Of a DNA stretch of 64,000 nt, positions 29,211 to 42,089 are shown piece after piece. Each line of letters starts with the position of its first letter. Position 1 is the stretch's first letter. The stretch comes from Antedon mediterranea. Taxonomy: Eukaryota; Animalia; Echinodermata. The notes under the pieces were generated by a model that saw nothing but the letters and a program-made list of their open reading frames with translations, was not told where the DNA came from and made no database searches. The position numbers and the translations under genes are program-made. The stretch covers positions 2,496,422-2,560,421 of the forward strand of contig NC_092678.1 in NCBI RefSeq assembly GCF_964355755.1. Direction: 5' to 3'.

Positions 29211-30484
29211 ACAGTTTGTGTTCGCAATGAAAGCACTAGGATGAGATTCAAAAGATATTTTATACAGTAGTTGCATTATGGCTGGTGATCACTCTTTAAT
29301 CAGTCCTCTTGGATATAGGATCCTTGGTTTGCGGCGATTCTTGGAATCTGATTTCTCATTGCGATTGCCTCTCCATAGCTTCAAGTGCCTATGGTAATCA
29401 AATTTCAAATAAATTGATATCGTTATTGAATTTCCCAGACTATTGTGCTGTGACAAATTACCGGACATTCCACGTATTGATTTAGTTATCATGAAAGGCA
29501 CAGAAATTGAGAAAACTTTCCTTAAAGAAATTTCAGACATATTGTATTAAAGTTTTACTTTTAGGATTTTGAGAAGGGTTTTGTGAGTTTCCTTTGCTAG
29601 ATATTGGTTTCCAATATTATAGTTTCGTACAATTCTTATGGTTTTTACATGTTTTGAGACTACGGTACTTCATACTATTCTTATGGATTTTACATGTTAT
29701 TAGACTAATTCATGTCTAAATCAATCTTCCAATTCCTATAAAACATTCTTTGTCACATGACAGATCTTATCCCCACTTTCGTAGCTTGTTTGTTTTAGGT
29801 TGTGTTAACATTTTATGTTCAGGATTTTCAGAAGTGGGTGGCAAGTTTTTTGTAGTTCTTGCTTTCATATTGCTTTTCTTGCTTATATATCATGATTTGT
29901 TACATTTTGTCCGACTATTTCATGTTTACATCTGTCCTGCGATTCCTAGAAGACATCGTATGTTATCATATTCTGCGCCATGAGAGATCCTGTCCTCATT
30001 TACTTGTTTAGCTTTCATCTTACTTGTCAGTTTGGTTAGCAAGATCAATCATTTAATTTGGTTAATAGGTTGTGATTACAACCCAGTTTAATGTGTACAT
30101 TTCTTGTCTGAGCAATGTCTGCAAACCTCGGTTCAAACTGAAAGTAGGCTGCATTTGCAGTCTGTGACCCTTTCTTACAGATTCACTTCTTAATTATAAT
30201 GTTCTTCTTGGTTATGTGCTCATTGTTTTAATTAGTCTGCTTTGTTTTATAAATAACTTTTTAGAGTTATTGTACTCGGTGAAATCTGGAGCACATAGGT
30301 TTATGGACATGCTTATAAAACTGGTTGACTAATACTAATGTGCACTTTCGCAAGGAGATGTATTTTGTGCATCTGGACATCAATCCAAATTATGCTCTTT
30401 TACCAAAAGTTAGTTAGAATGTGCTTATTGAAACAGCACATAATGTAAAAGTAGCTATGGTTTTTCTCCACCTTTCCCTCAGTT

Positions 30485-30612
30485 TATTATCATCTTTTGT
30501 TCTATTCCTATTCTCATCATCATTACCATCATCATCTTCATCATCGTCATTTAATATCATCATCTTCATTATCTTCATTACATCATCGTCAATATCATCA
30601 TCATCAACATTC
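30485..30612. repeat. Degenerate (CAT)n microsatellite
   Basis: TCATCATC runs; source of the poly-Asp/Ser/His ORFs. Confidence 0.85.
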
Positions 30613-31400
30613 ATTTATATTAGCACACTGGCCACCTTTAATATTCTCTATTGATATACTGCAATTTGGTTCAAATACAGAGGTCATAGGTCAGTGTGGA
30701 ACAATATTAAAGTTTGAAGGGACTCTACTGTAATCAGCCTCACACAAATTATTTAATTATCCCGGTCAGATGTTAATATCAAGTCTCTGAAGATTTCAGA
30801 ACTCATCCTTGCGCTTAATTAAGAAACCAGCGTGTGTGTAATGTATCATCTCAAAGCACAACCCAAGACCGAAACTACCCTTTGCTAATTAAAAAACCTT
30901 AGCCCCTACCTGAGCCTAGATTTAAGCAGTGATGCCTCCGGTATATCACCCATTAGTATCATGCTCAACACCATCCAGGGGCTTAGATATTGCTGTCAAG
31001 GCCTAACATCTTCACTGCTTGACTCCTGATTAGTCGTACCAGATGAAATAATAAAAGTGTGTATCTGTGTCATGCTGTGTCATTTGAGGTCACAAACTTT
31101 TCCCCTTCCCTTCAAAGTGCACCAGATGGTTGGTTTTATATTTTGTAATTGTACATGGCAGTGTACATCTTAATGTTAATGGCAGCTTTGATTATCTGTA
31201 CAATATAAATATATTTATAAATAATAGCTCTTAAAGTCTTATTCTCAATGTTATATAATTAAAAAATAAAAGTGTATAGCATGGTATAAACATAGATCTT
31301 GAGTACCAGCAGTGAAGTCAAATGATAAAGTATCCATCAATGACGGCAATGTGTCTTCAGAAGAAAACTGATACAAGAACATAAGTTAAAACCAAATATT

Positions 31401-31568
31401 TAAGTTTTAATGTGTATGATTAATTTGTTGTTCAGCAATGAACACTGGACAACCCCTAAGTTTTAATGTGTATGATTAATTTTTTGTTCAGCAGTGAACA
31501 CTGGACAACCCCTAAGTTTTAATGTGTATGATTAATTTGTTATTCAGCAGTGAACACTGGACAACCCC
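31401..31568. repeat. 56-bp tandem triplication
   Basis: TAAGTTTTAATGTGTATGATTAATTTGTTGTTCAGCARTGAACACTGGACAACCCC x3. Confidence 0.95.
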
Positions 31569-34500
31569 TATTTGGTGGACACCTTCAAGACCCAACAAAG
31601 TGTTCTTAAAGGGTGTCCACTGATTAGCAAGTTGGTTGTAGTTTTAAAACATATATTGCCTCTTGTTCATTTCACGGGAAAGGGTCCTCTTCGTTTTACA
31701 TCCACCGCACCGCTCGTTGAATTTTTGCTTTTAACTATGAAACTTATTCAACTCAGAGCTGCTTTATATTGTTCGATAATTACTGTAATCTATTGTGTGA
31801 TTTTCAAGCTACATTTCAACCATAGTTTCATTTTCTTTTATATATTTTTGACACTTATTTCGTTCACTTAGGAGACTTCTTGTTAATCAGGATTTTTGTA
31901 ATTTATCCTAGAAGGGACAATCTCGTATTCTTATCTTCACACATTATCCTTGTTAAAAGTGATTAGTTTTTATTTCCAATTAGTTATAAAAAAGAAAAGC
32001 AATTACGTTTTCTTGCATCATCATTTAATGACTTTATGTAAAATAGCATTGTGGGATTCATTTATTCGTGATTGTACAATATCTGTACGGCAACACCATG
32101 GTTTTTTTTCTAGTATACTAAAGATCATCTTGTTTAGCAATTTGAAACACAAAGTGTTTTGTTATCGCCTGTTCTTTTGATATAAATACTGTATTAAATT
32201 AGTCTAGACAAATAAGTATAATTAATTAATACATTAAAACAAAGAAATACACATATTTTTAAACATTCATTAAAATGTTGAACGTATTAAATAGTGTAGA
32301 CAAATAAGTTTAATTTATTAATAATAAATTAAAACAAGTATACATTTGTTTAAACTTTTCATTAATTGTAAAAGTACATAAAGCATTTTAAATACAATAC
32401 TGTAGCTAAAATGAAAGACACTGATTACAAATTAAAAATGTTAAAATCATTTAAATAATGGTTGGAAGCAGGGTAATACAGCTACCATTACTGTTACTAC
32501 TGAAACATAATACTTCCCTCTTTCTTTTCATAGTGGTGTAATGTAAACATCCATTCATTTTAATTATGAGTTACTTTTTAAAAAAAGACAAATAAACTTG
32601 TATAATAACTTCAATATGATCATTTCAAATTTGATGTCTTGGCGATGTACATGCAATAAATTTATATTTTTCATAGCAACTGTTTATTCAGGAAAGCTTT
32701 CGCAGGCAAGAAATTAATAATTGAGTTGATTTGCATTGATAGATCTTTATGGCTTTGAAAAAAAAACATAAAGATATTACAGAAATAGACATTAAAAAAT
32801 TTGGATTAAAAGGGGAAATCCCCAATCTTCAATATCAAATTGTAATTCTATCATAATACCTTGCTGCTAAATAAGCTAACTTAAACACGTCAGTGAGGTG
32901 TTTGCCTCCAGGCGCTCATCTTAAACTCATTCACTCACCCTATCTGCATTGTTAATCTAAAATGGGAGAAGGGGGTAAAAAGCTGCTGCAAGGGGAGTTA
33001 GATATTTTTTCCCTTTAAGCCTTAAATTATGAAAATATTCTAAGAAGGTAATCTACTTCAATATTAGAAAAAATATCATCAAATTTTTTTCCTCCAGAGT
33101 AGAATGTGATAGTATATAATGAAATTGCATTTATGAATAATGTCTAGACAGTAATTCCTATTATTACCATGGGTGTATTTTGAAGAAGCTATGTATAATG
33201 TACTTGTCATTACGGGAGCATTACTGAGTGTAGTGGTAGCTACCGGGTGCCTGCAAAACACACTGCCCACAGGGATATGGCTATATAATGATAATAGAAC
33301 AACGATACTGTATAGCTATGTCATCTATTTCATTAAAAGAATAGAAATTGTATTATGAGCAGTTTCAGTCATTTTTTACTGAAATCTTTAAAGATCAGAG
33401 AATAGTATATTTCATATACACAGTATATTTGATAATAGTTTTGCATGATTTATCATAAAATGCATATTTGTAATGTATTAATACCATACCATTGACGACC
33501 ACTATATAATAATTAATATAATAATAACTATAATACTATATTTTGAAAGAAATATGACAGTTTTTTTTATTTATTGAAAAATTATTGATAATAGTAAAAA
33601 AAATCATGCTGCTTCAAAATTTTATAACGAAGTGGCCGCGAAACTAAGCTTTTTTTATTTTATCAAGAAACTAAATTTTGTAGAGGCCTATATGGTTTAT
33701 GAGTTTCTTCAATTCGGAACATGATATTGCTTATTCTCTATCTTGTGACATTAAGTGATTGTATTAGATTATAGAAGCTGAACCAACGTGCAAATGTAGT
33801 ACTTGTACATTATTTGTGATTACTGATATCTCAGATTATATATTACTCAGTTAGCGTATTATGATAAATAATCGTTGAGACTATTAACAAAATTATAGAG
33901 AAGCAAGTCAGGCATTCATAATGCCCTTTGACCTCATACTGTGCTCTTATTATTTCTACACCTGACATCATAAATCAACTCAATTACTTGGCAATATTCT
34001 TTTTCTGGCAATGATAATGAGACTATTTAGCTGCACCTCTTCTCAATTACGTGAAATAGAATGAGGTGAATAAAATGCCATTAGAGAAAGATGGATAGTA
34101 TAAATGAAAGATGGAATGCTATAAGGAAGAGATTGGAGAGAAAATGGAGATATTGAAAGACAATGGCTTACTGAAAGATGAACTGCTATTACACGTAGAT
34201 GACAGATGATCCAAGTGAAAAAGGATTTGACAGATTAGATGAAAGATATTAATATAATAATATTTAATGATATAATTTTCGAAATATACAATATTATAAA
34301 TAATGTAGAGTAGCATTACTGTTAATAGAGAATACACGAGATAAATATTTGATATTTAAGACAGATCGGATATATCCGTTACTAAGTTAATCTGCCAATT
34401 ATAAGATGAGAATTAAACCTTGTTTCCTAATTGGTGTTTTTCCCATGAGACTACGTTTCTTGGAGAGTACTTTGATATGTTTGTGTGAGTAGTTGTACAG

Positions 34501-34682
34501 TTGTACCTCGGTTGTACGTTTGTGTGAGTATGTTGTACATTTCAGTACATACCTTTTAGCAAATATTACGTTGGTGTGCATTAAATGTACACTGTGCATA
34601 TACACATTTCTGCAAACATGGTTCTGGTGTTTGAGTATGCTGTGCGTTGATGTGATTATATTGTATGTTAAGGTGACTATAT

Positions 34683-35190
34683 ATTGTACGTTGAGGTGAG
34701 TATGCTGTACGTTGATGTGAGTATGTTGTATGTTGATGTGAGTATGTTGTACGTCGATGTGAGTATGTTGTACGTTGATGTGAGTATGCTGTACGTTGAG
34801 GTGAGTATGTTGTACGTTGATGTGAGTATGCTGTACGTTGATGTGAGTATGTTGTACGTTGATGTGAGTATGTTGTACGTTGATGTGAGTATGCTGTACG
34901 TTGAGGTGAGTATGTTGTACGTTGATGTGAGTATGTTGTACGTTGATGTGAGTATATTGTACGTTGATGTGAGTATGTTGTACGTTGAGGTGAGTATGTT
35001 GTACGTTGAGGTGAGTATGCTGTACGTTTAGGTGAGTATGTTGTACGTTGAGGTGAGTATGTTGTACGTTGAGGTGAGTATGCTGTACGTTGATGTGAGT
35101 ATGTTGTACGTTGATGTGAGTATGTTGTACGTTGAGGTGAGTATATTGTACATTGATGTAAGTATATGTTGTACTTTCCGTGAGTATGTT
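34683..35190. repeat. 21-bp minisatellite (GTGAGTATGTTGTACGTTGAK), ~24 copies
   Basis: Homogeneous tandem array; degenerate extension back to ~34470. Confidence 0.97.
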
Positions 35191-35370
35191 GTAAATTGTA
35201 AAATTTGTGCAATTCATGAGAAAAAAAATTGCAAAAAATCATGCGATATAAAGGCAAGAATATAAATCACCTAGTGACAGGTAACTGTGCTAAAAGAAGC
35301 CTTTCAATTCAACTTATCTTCATTACTGCTAATTTTTATTAATCATTTTATATATATTTCTATCTTGTAG

Positions 35371-35481
35371 CAAGCATTCAATGCCACAGCCGTAATCAGG
35401 CACATGAGGATGTTGGGGCTAGGAGGAGCAGGAGGCTTAGCAAAAGCAGCCGCCGCTGCCAGCAACGGTGCCAAGAAGTAG
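35371..35481 (+). CDS. CAMK1: CaMKI terminal exon (QAFNATAVIRHMRMLGLGGAGGLAKAAAAASNGAKK*)
   Basis: cttgtAG acceptor, phase 0; completes the KWKQAFNATAVIRHMR calmodulin-binding helix; TAG stop; not in the ORF track. Confidence 0.95.
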   Translation, partial: QAFNATAVIRHMRMLGLGGAGGLAKAAAAASNGAKK

Positions 35482-37650
35482 TCACCTCCATCAGCTGGAT
35501 TGCTGTGTTATTGTCAAGTACTAGTTTTTTTTGGACGAAAATGAGAATATTGATGAGTTGTTACATCAGCTCATGATTTAAGCTACATTTACACTTGTTT
35601 CATTTCACAGAACAAAATACTGCTTTGTTAAGGTCATTCACACAGACGAGCGATAACAGTAATAATAATATAGAATCTAGGTTATTCCTTATGACCATTT
35701 ACATACAACATGGATAGATGATTTCTGCTCAGGATAGATACAGATTCTACGTGGGACAATCTAGGTGGTTTCCCACTTACCGTTACTGCTCGTCTGTGTA
35801 AATTGGCCTTTAAGCCTTTTTATTCTTTTCCTTACGAATGGATAATCATATAAAGAATTTACCAGCATCGTTAGCTGAAACGAGACAAGTGTGAATGTAC
35901 GTATAATCGAGTCGTCTATGGGTTGGTGTTGTTGGGAGGGGGATCGATGTTTTTTAAAATGCATTTTACAATTTTAATTATATTATTAATTGTATAAAGA
36001 AACCGCAATATACTTCTAGTCTCAATAAACTGGACACTTTGATTCCATTGAATAAAAAAAACAGTTAAACATTCCGAGTTGACGATATCAAGAATTTAAA
36101 TGCCTACAAAACTAGAAACAATACCAATGGAAATAATGTAGTGGTCGATACCAACACGATCTCATGCAATTAGAATTTCAGCGAGTCATAATTCTTCTTA
36201 TTTCTTGATGAGTTTGTGTCAAGCGTAACACAGTTAAGCTCTCTACACTATCACACTAGTTTGACAAAAAAAGTGTGATATACCCAAATATGGTAGTGAT
36301 ATGACATCATACGTAAACACAGTTAGTCTTAATAGGGTTTTTGTATCATAAAGGTGAATGGGCTACTAATACTGTATTGATGTTTACAACTAAGCTACTT
36401 TTAATTTAAACAATCCCTATGTTTATGTAAAATGATTCATGGGGTATAGGCCGACTTTTACATTTGAAAGTAAGGGTTGGTGGGGAAGGGTGAAGAGTTT
36501 AGTGCTGTCATTAAATTAAGTACAAAATATTAAATATCCATATTTTTCTTGGTATTGTTTTCTTTATAGCTACTGTATTGTGGTTTGAGCACGTAGTAAA
36601 GTCTATCAACACTTTTTCATTCTTAAGTGACACAAAATCTGTAAAAATACAAATTTCACACGGTCATCAGAATTCTTGAGGATGTACATTTATAGTTTCC
36701 CCAAAAATAAAATATATTTACTTGTTTATTTTGAGGCCTTCTTTGTTATTGTAATTACTGCAATAATGCCTTTTACTTCTTTATTCACTAAAAAAAGGCG
36801 AACTTAATAATTGAAAACTTTGCACTGCACAATAAAAATAAACATTAATTTCTTTGCTCTATGAACTTGATTTCTAGTAATAATAATAAATATTTTTTGA
36901 ATAGAGAATGAACCAATTAAGGTTAAAATAATTAAAGAATTAAGTATTTATATATTGTTATTAATTTATTTTTCAGCAATAATAAATAAAATTGTATTAT
37001 GGTAGTAAAATAATGCTATACATTAGATTGCTTAAACTTGCCTGGAGTGAAATTGATGTTTCTATTATGGCAGTAGGTCTATACTTATACCATGAATAAG
37101 GATAGGTTATCTAAACAAACAATACATTGCATTTACATGATACTTGATGGTCTAGGATTTTAGGTCAAATGTATGATAATTACAATACACATTCATAAAG
37201 CTACTATTAATTCATATTTTATAAATACTTAATTCCTTTAAATGAATAAATAATTGTTAAATTTTAATGAAATTTTATTGTAGGTCACTCATTCTATTAC
37301 AAATTTTAAAATATTTTATACTTTTAATGTAGTTTTATGAATACGATTTTAAATGAGAATAAAAATATTTATTCTTAATATTTTAATAATTCAAATTAAT
37401 ATGGTTGATGTTTGGTATGTAACACAATTGTTAATTTTATAAAATAATAATTGTAGTAGTAGTAGTAGTAGTATGATATACAGTAGCTTTAGAATGAATT
37501 GATAACACTATTTTTTGTTTAATAGGATAGTAGCATAACTATATTTTTTGCAATGTTATTGTTGATTTTATGATATTAATGTTTAAATCCCACCATTGTT
37601 AGGTTTGATTACACACTCAGTATTAACCCACCATCTGTAGTGATTGTAGG

Positions 37651-37842
37651 CAGTGGTGTAACGGCTATGAGGGCCTTACTGGCCAAACCCTGGGGCCTTG
37701 AAGCTTATGGAGGACATGAGCAGCGCCTGGAAAAAAAAGGCATTAAAAAAGGCATTAAAACAGGCTAACAACGCCCAAGGACTCCAGCGTTACAGGGCCA
37801 CTTAGCATCCCTACACCAGGGGCCTCATTCCTCTTGCCACTG
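37651..37842. mobile_element. hAT-like MITE
   Basis: CAGTGG...CCACTG termini with exact 8-bp TSD ATTGTAGG (37643-37650, 37843-37850); GC-rich GGGCC subterminal motifs. Confidence 0.85.
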
Positions 37843-39874
37843 ATTGTAGGATGCATTTTTTATTGTGGTATTGTCATTCATGCATCTTGCTTAAGTGAGG
37901 TACTACATACTGCAGGTCATCTACAGTTTTTATTAGCAGCAAGACCTTATAAAAAATCAAATATTTACCTCAGTTCACTATGACTAACTGGTTGAAATCG
38001 TTAAGGTTCTAAGAAAATATATTTCATATATTAAGGTTGATTTGGTAATGTTCAAAGATGGTGTGTGGAATTTAGAAGACATTCCTGTCGTCCCTATGAC
38101 GACTATGCAGTACCTTAGATGTTAATTTTGATACATTCATCAAACAGCTGGTGTAATGCATGCATAGCTAGTAACCTCTTCTGAAGGGAACAACAATTTA
38201 ATTATATTTATATATGTTCTTTAATAGTTTAAATTCTACATGACACTTTAGGCCAAGTTTAAAAGCATACATTAACGGCTTTCTGTATAAAACGTGGTGG
38301 TAACGTACAGTAACTGTCAACCTTAAGAAACAAGAATAACAGCGTAGCTATAGAGGGAGTATTTGTACAAATGTATTGAATGTAGATTTAAAGCAATTTT
38401 GTCATACAAATTTACTGGATAAAATCATGATTTCATTCAAAACACATTTTGTATAAATTTTAGACAGCAAATATTTGTGGACATAAAAATGTATTGTCCA
38501 GTCTTACAACTGACAGGTATGCATATTAGTCAAGTAGTTTATTATTAAGGAGATAATATAAAAATACAACAGTAAACATAGATGCTAATACCATAGCAAC
38601 AGTAAACAAAAATTTCTTTCATGGCAACAGTTACCATAACGCTACTTTTAAAGGTTATTGGATTAAAACATAGACTTTGTATTAATTTATTGATGTTTTT
38701 TTTTTCGTGATATATCTATTTGCAATATGGTGGTGTTTTTTTTTATTGCAGTGATGTAACAAAAGAGTGGTATGTTTTTGTATGATATAATTAAGAGAAC
38801 ATTTATAACTTAGTTGAGCTTGTATATGGTGTCCCATATTTGGGCATAGTGTAAATAGATTTGTAAAAAAAAGGTAATTTTGGGTTTTTTTTTCCTATTT
38901 TTTTTTAAACAATTTTTTGAAGTGATTGTATTCCTGTTTGAATTTAGAATTGTGGATGCATTATTACCAGTAAGGTTTTTTTTTTGTTTGCTTTTAAAAG
39001 TTAGTGCAATTAATTAATCAATCAAGTTAACTGAAAATTATGAAAGTGTAACCATTATAAATATGCCTTATCAAAGTAGCAATTTATTATATTTATTTGT
39101 ATCTGTATTGAGATCTAGCCACTGATACCCACAGCATTGTCATTTTTTCAGTAATTTGCTTTTGAATTTATTTTTTAAGCAATACTTGATAAGGGGAACC
39201 ATCTCCAGAAATGTAGTCGCAGGTGAAACTTTGCCCATAATAAAGTTAGGAGAGAGTGCGAAAGGCTATGAGTAACTTGGCCATACTATGGTTGAGCTGA
39301 AATAAGATAAGGCAATAGGTCCTACAGGACATGGGTCCTTATTAAAAACATGTTTTATCTTCTCCCTGAAAAAAATATGATGTGCCCATATATGGACATA
39401 TCACTACCATATTTGGGTATATCACTACCATATGCTCTAGCCTGTCTTTAAATGCTGCACAAGTATTTTTTGCATTAGATACTCTCATTATATTGTTTAG
39501 TGAAATTGTATTATTTATTTGTAGTCTTTATTCCCTCATATTGCAATTATATAGTATTCATCATAAAAAACTTTTGATTTTGCCATGACTTATGTAAATG
39601 AGGTAAAACCTAATTTACATACAATTCCATGTGGATCTAGGCCTTTTATTTTGTTTGTAACCAACATAGCTTGTTGGTACTTTTAAGATATGCACAAACA
39701 TGAATTTCTTGATTGTATTTTCCATCGTGTTGCAAAATCAAAAACTACTTAATTACAAATAGCCTTTCTCATGTGTCTGTAACAGAACAAAGTATATATA
39801 AAATGAAATATATGAAAATAGAGAAAGTGATATATTGCTGGTTAAATACACACTGTAAAGCGTGAATTATTATT

Positions 39875-39880
39875 AATAAA
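39875..39880 (+). terminator. Candidate distal poly(A) signal of CaMKI
   Basis: AATAAA followed by GT/T-rich sequence; several more proximal AATAAA also exist (e.g. ~36024, ~36051). Confidence 0.35.
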
Positions 39881-40278
39881 AATGGTTATTATTCCTATGG
39901 ACTTGTATGTTTCATTGAATTTTGTATTTCTGTGAGTAAAACATCAGTGACCCCCACCCCACACACACCTCTCCTCCAGCCCAACATACACCTCTCTCTC
40001 CATATTGGGAAGCTTACAATTTACGATGGCCTAGGACCTACGTCACCTATAATTAGAATCCGCTAAAACCGTGTCAAGAAATCGAGTGTGGAAGAACAAA
40101 GAACAGTGTCTCTGCATACACATGCATTGCAAATTGATAAAAGTATACTTCTTAAGGGGTCGCAAATTGAAAGCTGAACGGCAAAGAACTACTGTACAGT
40201 ATGTCCACTTTTTAATTTAAGCTAAAGACAATTACTATACACAATTAAAAAAATACAAACAGCAGTTAATATTTGTCA

Positions 40279-40284
40279 TTTATT
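40279..40284 (-). terminator. Candidate poly(A) signal of NDUFB11
   Basis: AATAAA on the minus strand ~630 nt after the stop, followed by a T-rich tract. Confidence 0.45.
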
Positions 40285-40337
40285 TAAACACTTTACATCA
40301 TCACAATGTAAACATTTTTACTGGCAAATTCAATCTT

Positions 40338-40486
40338 AGCTCTGTCTACACTATCAAACTAGTTATGACAAAAAAGTGTGATGTGCCCAAATATGGTACT
40401 GATATGACATCATTGTCGTGTCCAATCCATATATCGGCACATCACATTTTTCTTGTCACATAAAGTTTGATAGTGTAGACAGAGCT
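40338..40486. mobile_element. Harbinger MITE family A, probably in the NDUFB11 3' UTR
   Basis: Both TIRs intact. Confidence 0.85.
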
Positions 40487-40914
40487 GAAGTCATGTCAGG
40501 GGTAGCCAGATTATTCGGACATTAAAATATTTCTGACCTCCTTTCCCACCGTGCGTACTAACATAAGATTTAACTTGTTGTAACACAGCAAATATTTCTA
40601 TATACTTAAACACTAAACTCAGAAAATTCCAAAATGGAATATTCTAAAGCAATTCCCATGTTATTCATTCAGTTGAATGAATTATTAATTTCACTACTGG
40701 AAATGACATGTCTGATTCCGCAAGTCCAATCTTACAAATCAGTTTTGTTTGCAACCAATATATTGAAAATACAGCTGATATTCTTGCTGAATAATTTGAT
40801 AAACATCATTCGTGAGTTTGTTCCATTTTTTTAAAAGTTTCATTATAACTTTATAGCAGGTAGTCTAAAAATCTGTACTGTTTATAATTTGTTGCTCCAT
40901 CATTTACAATGTCT

Positions 40915-41065
40915 TTAAATTCGGCCATGTTCCTCAATCCATTCGTCTGATGGCACAAATACTTTTTCTGGGGGGCAAAAGTTTGGATCAATTAGGAGTG
41001 CACCTTGTTCACGACGCTCTTGTAATACAACTTTAGCTTCTCTTTGAGCCCATTGTCTTCCTTTC
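40915..41065 (-). CDS. NDUFB11: NADH dehydrogenase 1 beta subcomplex subunit 11 (ESSS), exon 3 (KGRQWAQREAKVVLQERREQGALLIDPNFCPPEKVFVPSDEWIEEHGRI*)
   Basis: ttttacAG acceptor, phase 2; W..REA...RE..G...D/N pattern of the ESSS C-terminus; TAA stop. Confidence 0.9.
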
Positions 41066-41204
41066 CTGTAAAAAAAAACAATATAAATTTATGATTTATG
41101 TTAAAATTTCTCAATTTTAAATGTTCCACAATATCTGTAGCATCCTTTGCTGGTGTTTAGTTAGCTAAATCAATAAAAGTATGCAATCTTTGAGGAATAC
41201 TTAC

Positions 41205-41332
41205 GGATCTGGTGTGTAGTATACCAACACACTTCCCAGGACAATTGATAATGATATCATTCCAAAAAACACAAGTCTTGATTGAATTCTATCATAGTAA
41301 GGATCATCATGAAAGCCAAGTTTTACATAGTC
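41205..41332 (-). CDS. NDUFB11: NDUFB11 exon 2 (DYVKLGFHDDPYYDRIQSRLVFFGMISLSIVLGSVLVYYTPDP)
   Basis: tttcAG/GTAAGT; single TM helix matching the recalled human segment [39 protein letters not shown]. Confidence 0.92.
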
Positions 41333-41786
41333 CTGAAAGAAAAGAAAATTATTATTCAAACCAGTTTGTACCATTTACTTTTTAAAATATGAACTGATTA
41401 TTTTTCAGAGTAATGACATACCCTACATACAATATTAATTAGCTTAGGCCTATAGCTAGCTAGGGCATTGCCAGTAAGATGTGAAACAAACAAATTTCAA
41501 TAAATTGGATGCACTAGTAGTAGGCCTACCACCACTACTACTAGGCCTATAGCCTATACCAGCAGCCTGCTTATTTCATCAACTTTTCCCGCAAACAATT
41601 TACAACCCGCAAACAATTTACAAAATTTGCCCAAAATTCAGGCAGGGGTTTAAATGCTAGGCTTAGACAAGGTAGGAGTATTTTCTATCTATATTTTGAG
41701 ACTTATTACTAAATTGGACCACTATAAATGAATTATCAATGAAATATATTTAGGCCTAAATGCTAGGCCTCGGCTGGCAAACATAC

Positions 41787-42044
41787 GGGGTGGTTAATGT
41801 CGTCCAGGTCCTCTTTTCCCCGTCTGATCACTTCATCAATTTCCTCTTGCGTGACTTCGGTTCCTTTTCCAACAACAAATTCTGAACTGATAGCAGCTTG
41901 ATCGTTTTTACTTGTTGAACTGGACAAAGCATGTTGTAGTGTAGGCAGCGATGTTTTTAAAATTGTATTTGAAGACTGAAAATGATGAAAATGACGAACA
42001 TTTTTACACAAAATTATTCTCGACAACCGGCACAGAGCAGCCAT
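41787..42044 (-). CDS. NDUFB11: NDUFB11 exon 1 (mitochondrial targeting peptide MAALCRLSRIILCKNVRHF...)
   Basis: AAAATGG start, Arg/Leu/Ser-rich presequence, GTATGT donor phase 0; total CDS 537 nt = 178 aa. Confidence 0.88.
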
Positions 42045-42058
42045 TTTGATACTTTTGT

Positions 42059-42072
42059 TGACCTGACCTTTG
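42059..42072 (-). promoter_or_regulatory. Overlapping nuclear-receptor half-sites (CAAAGGTCAGGTCA), ERR-like element
   Basis: AGGTCA motifs 15-28 bp upstream of the NDUFB11 ATG; ERR sites are common at OXPHOS genes. Confidence 0.35.
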
Positions 42073-42089
42073 GAGATATCTTTTCTAGT

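Noticed and set aside
30414-30733. Poly-Asp, poly-Ser and poly-His ORFs
   Set aside because: (CAT)n microsatellite.
34399-35265. Long ORFs (272, 233, 115 aa) with HINVQHT / QRTTYSH / SMLYVDV repeats
   Set aside because: Translations of a 21-bp minisatellite open in several frames; no splice or homology support.
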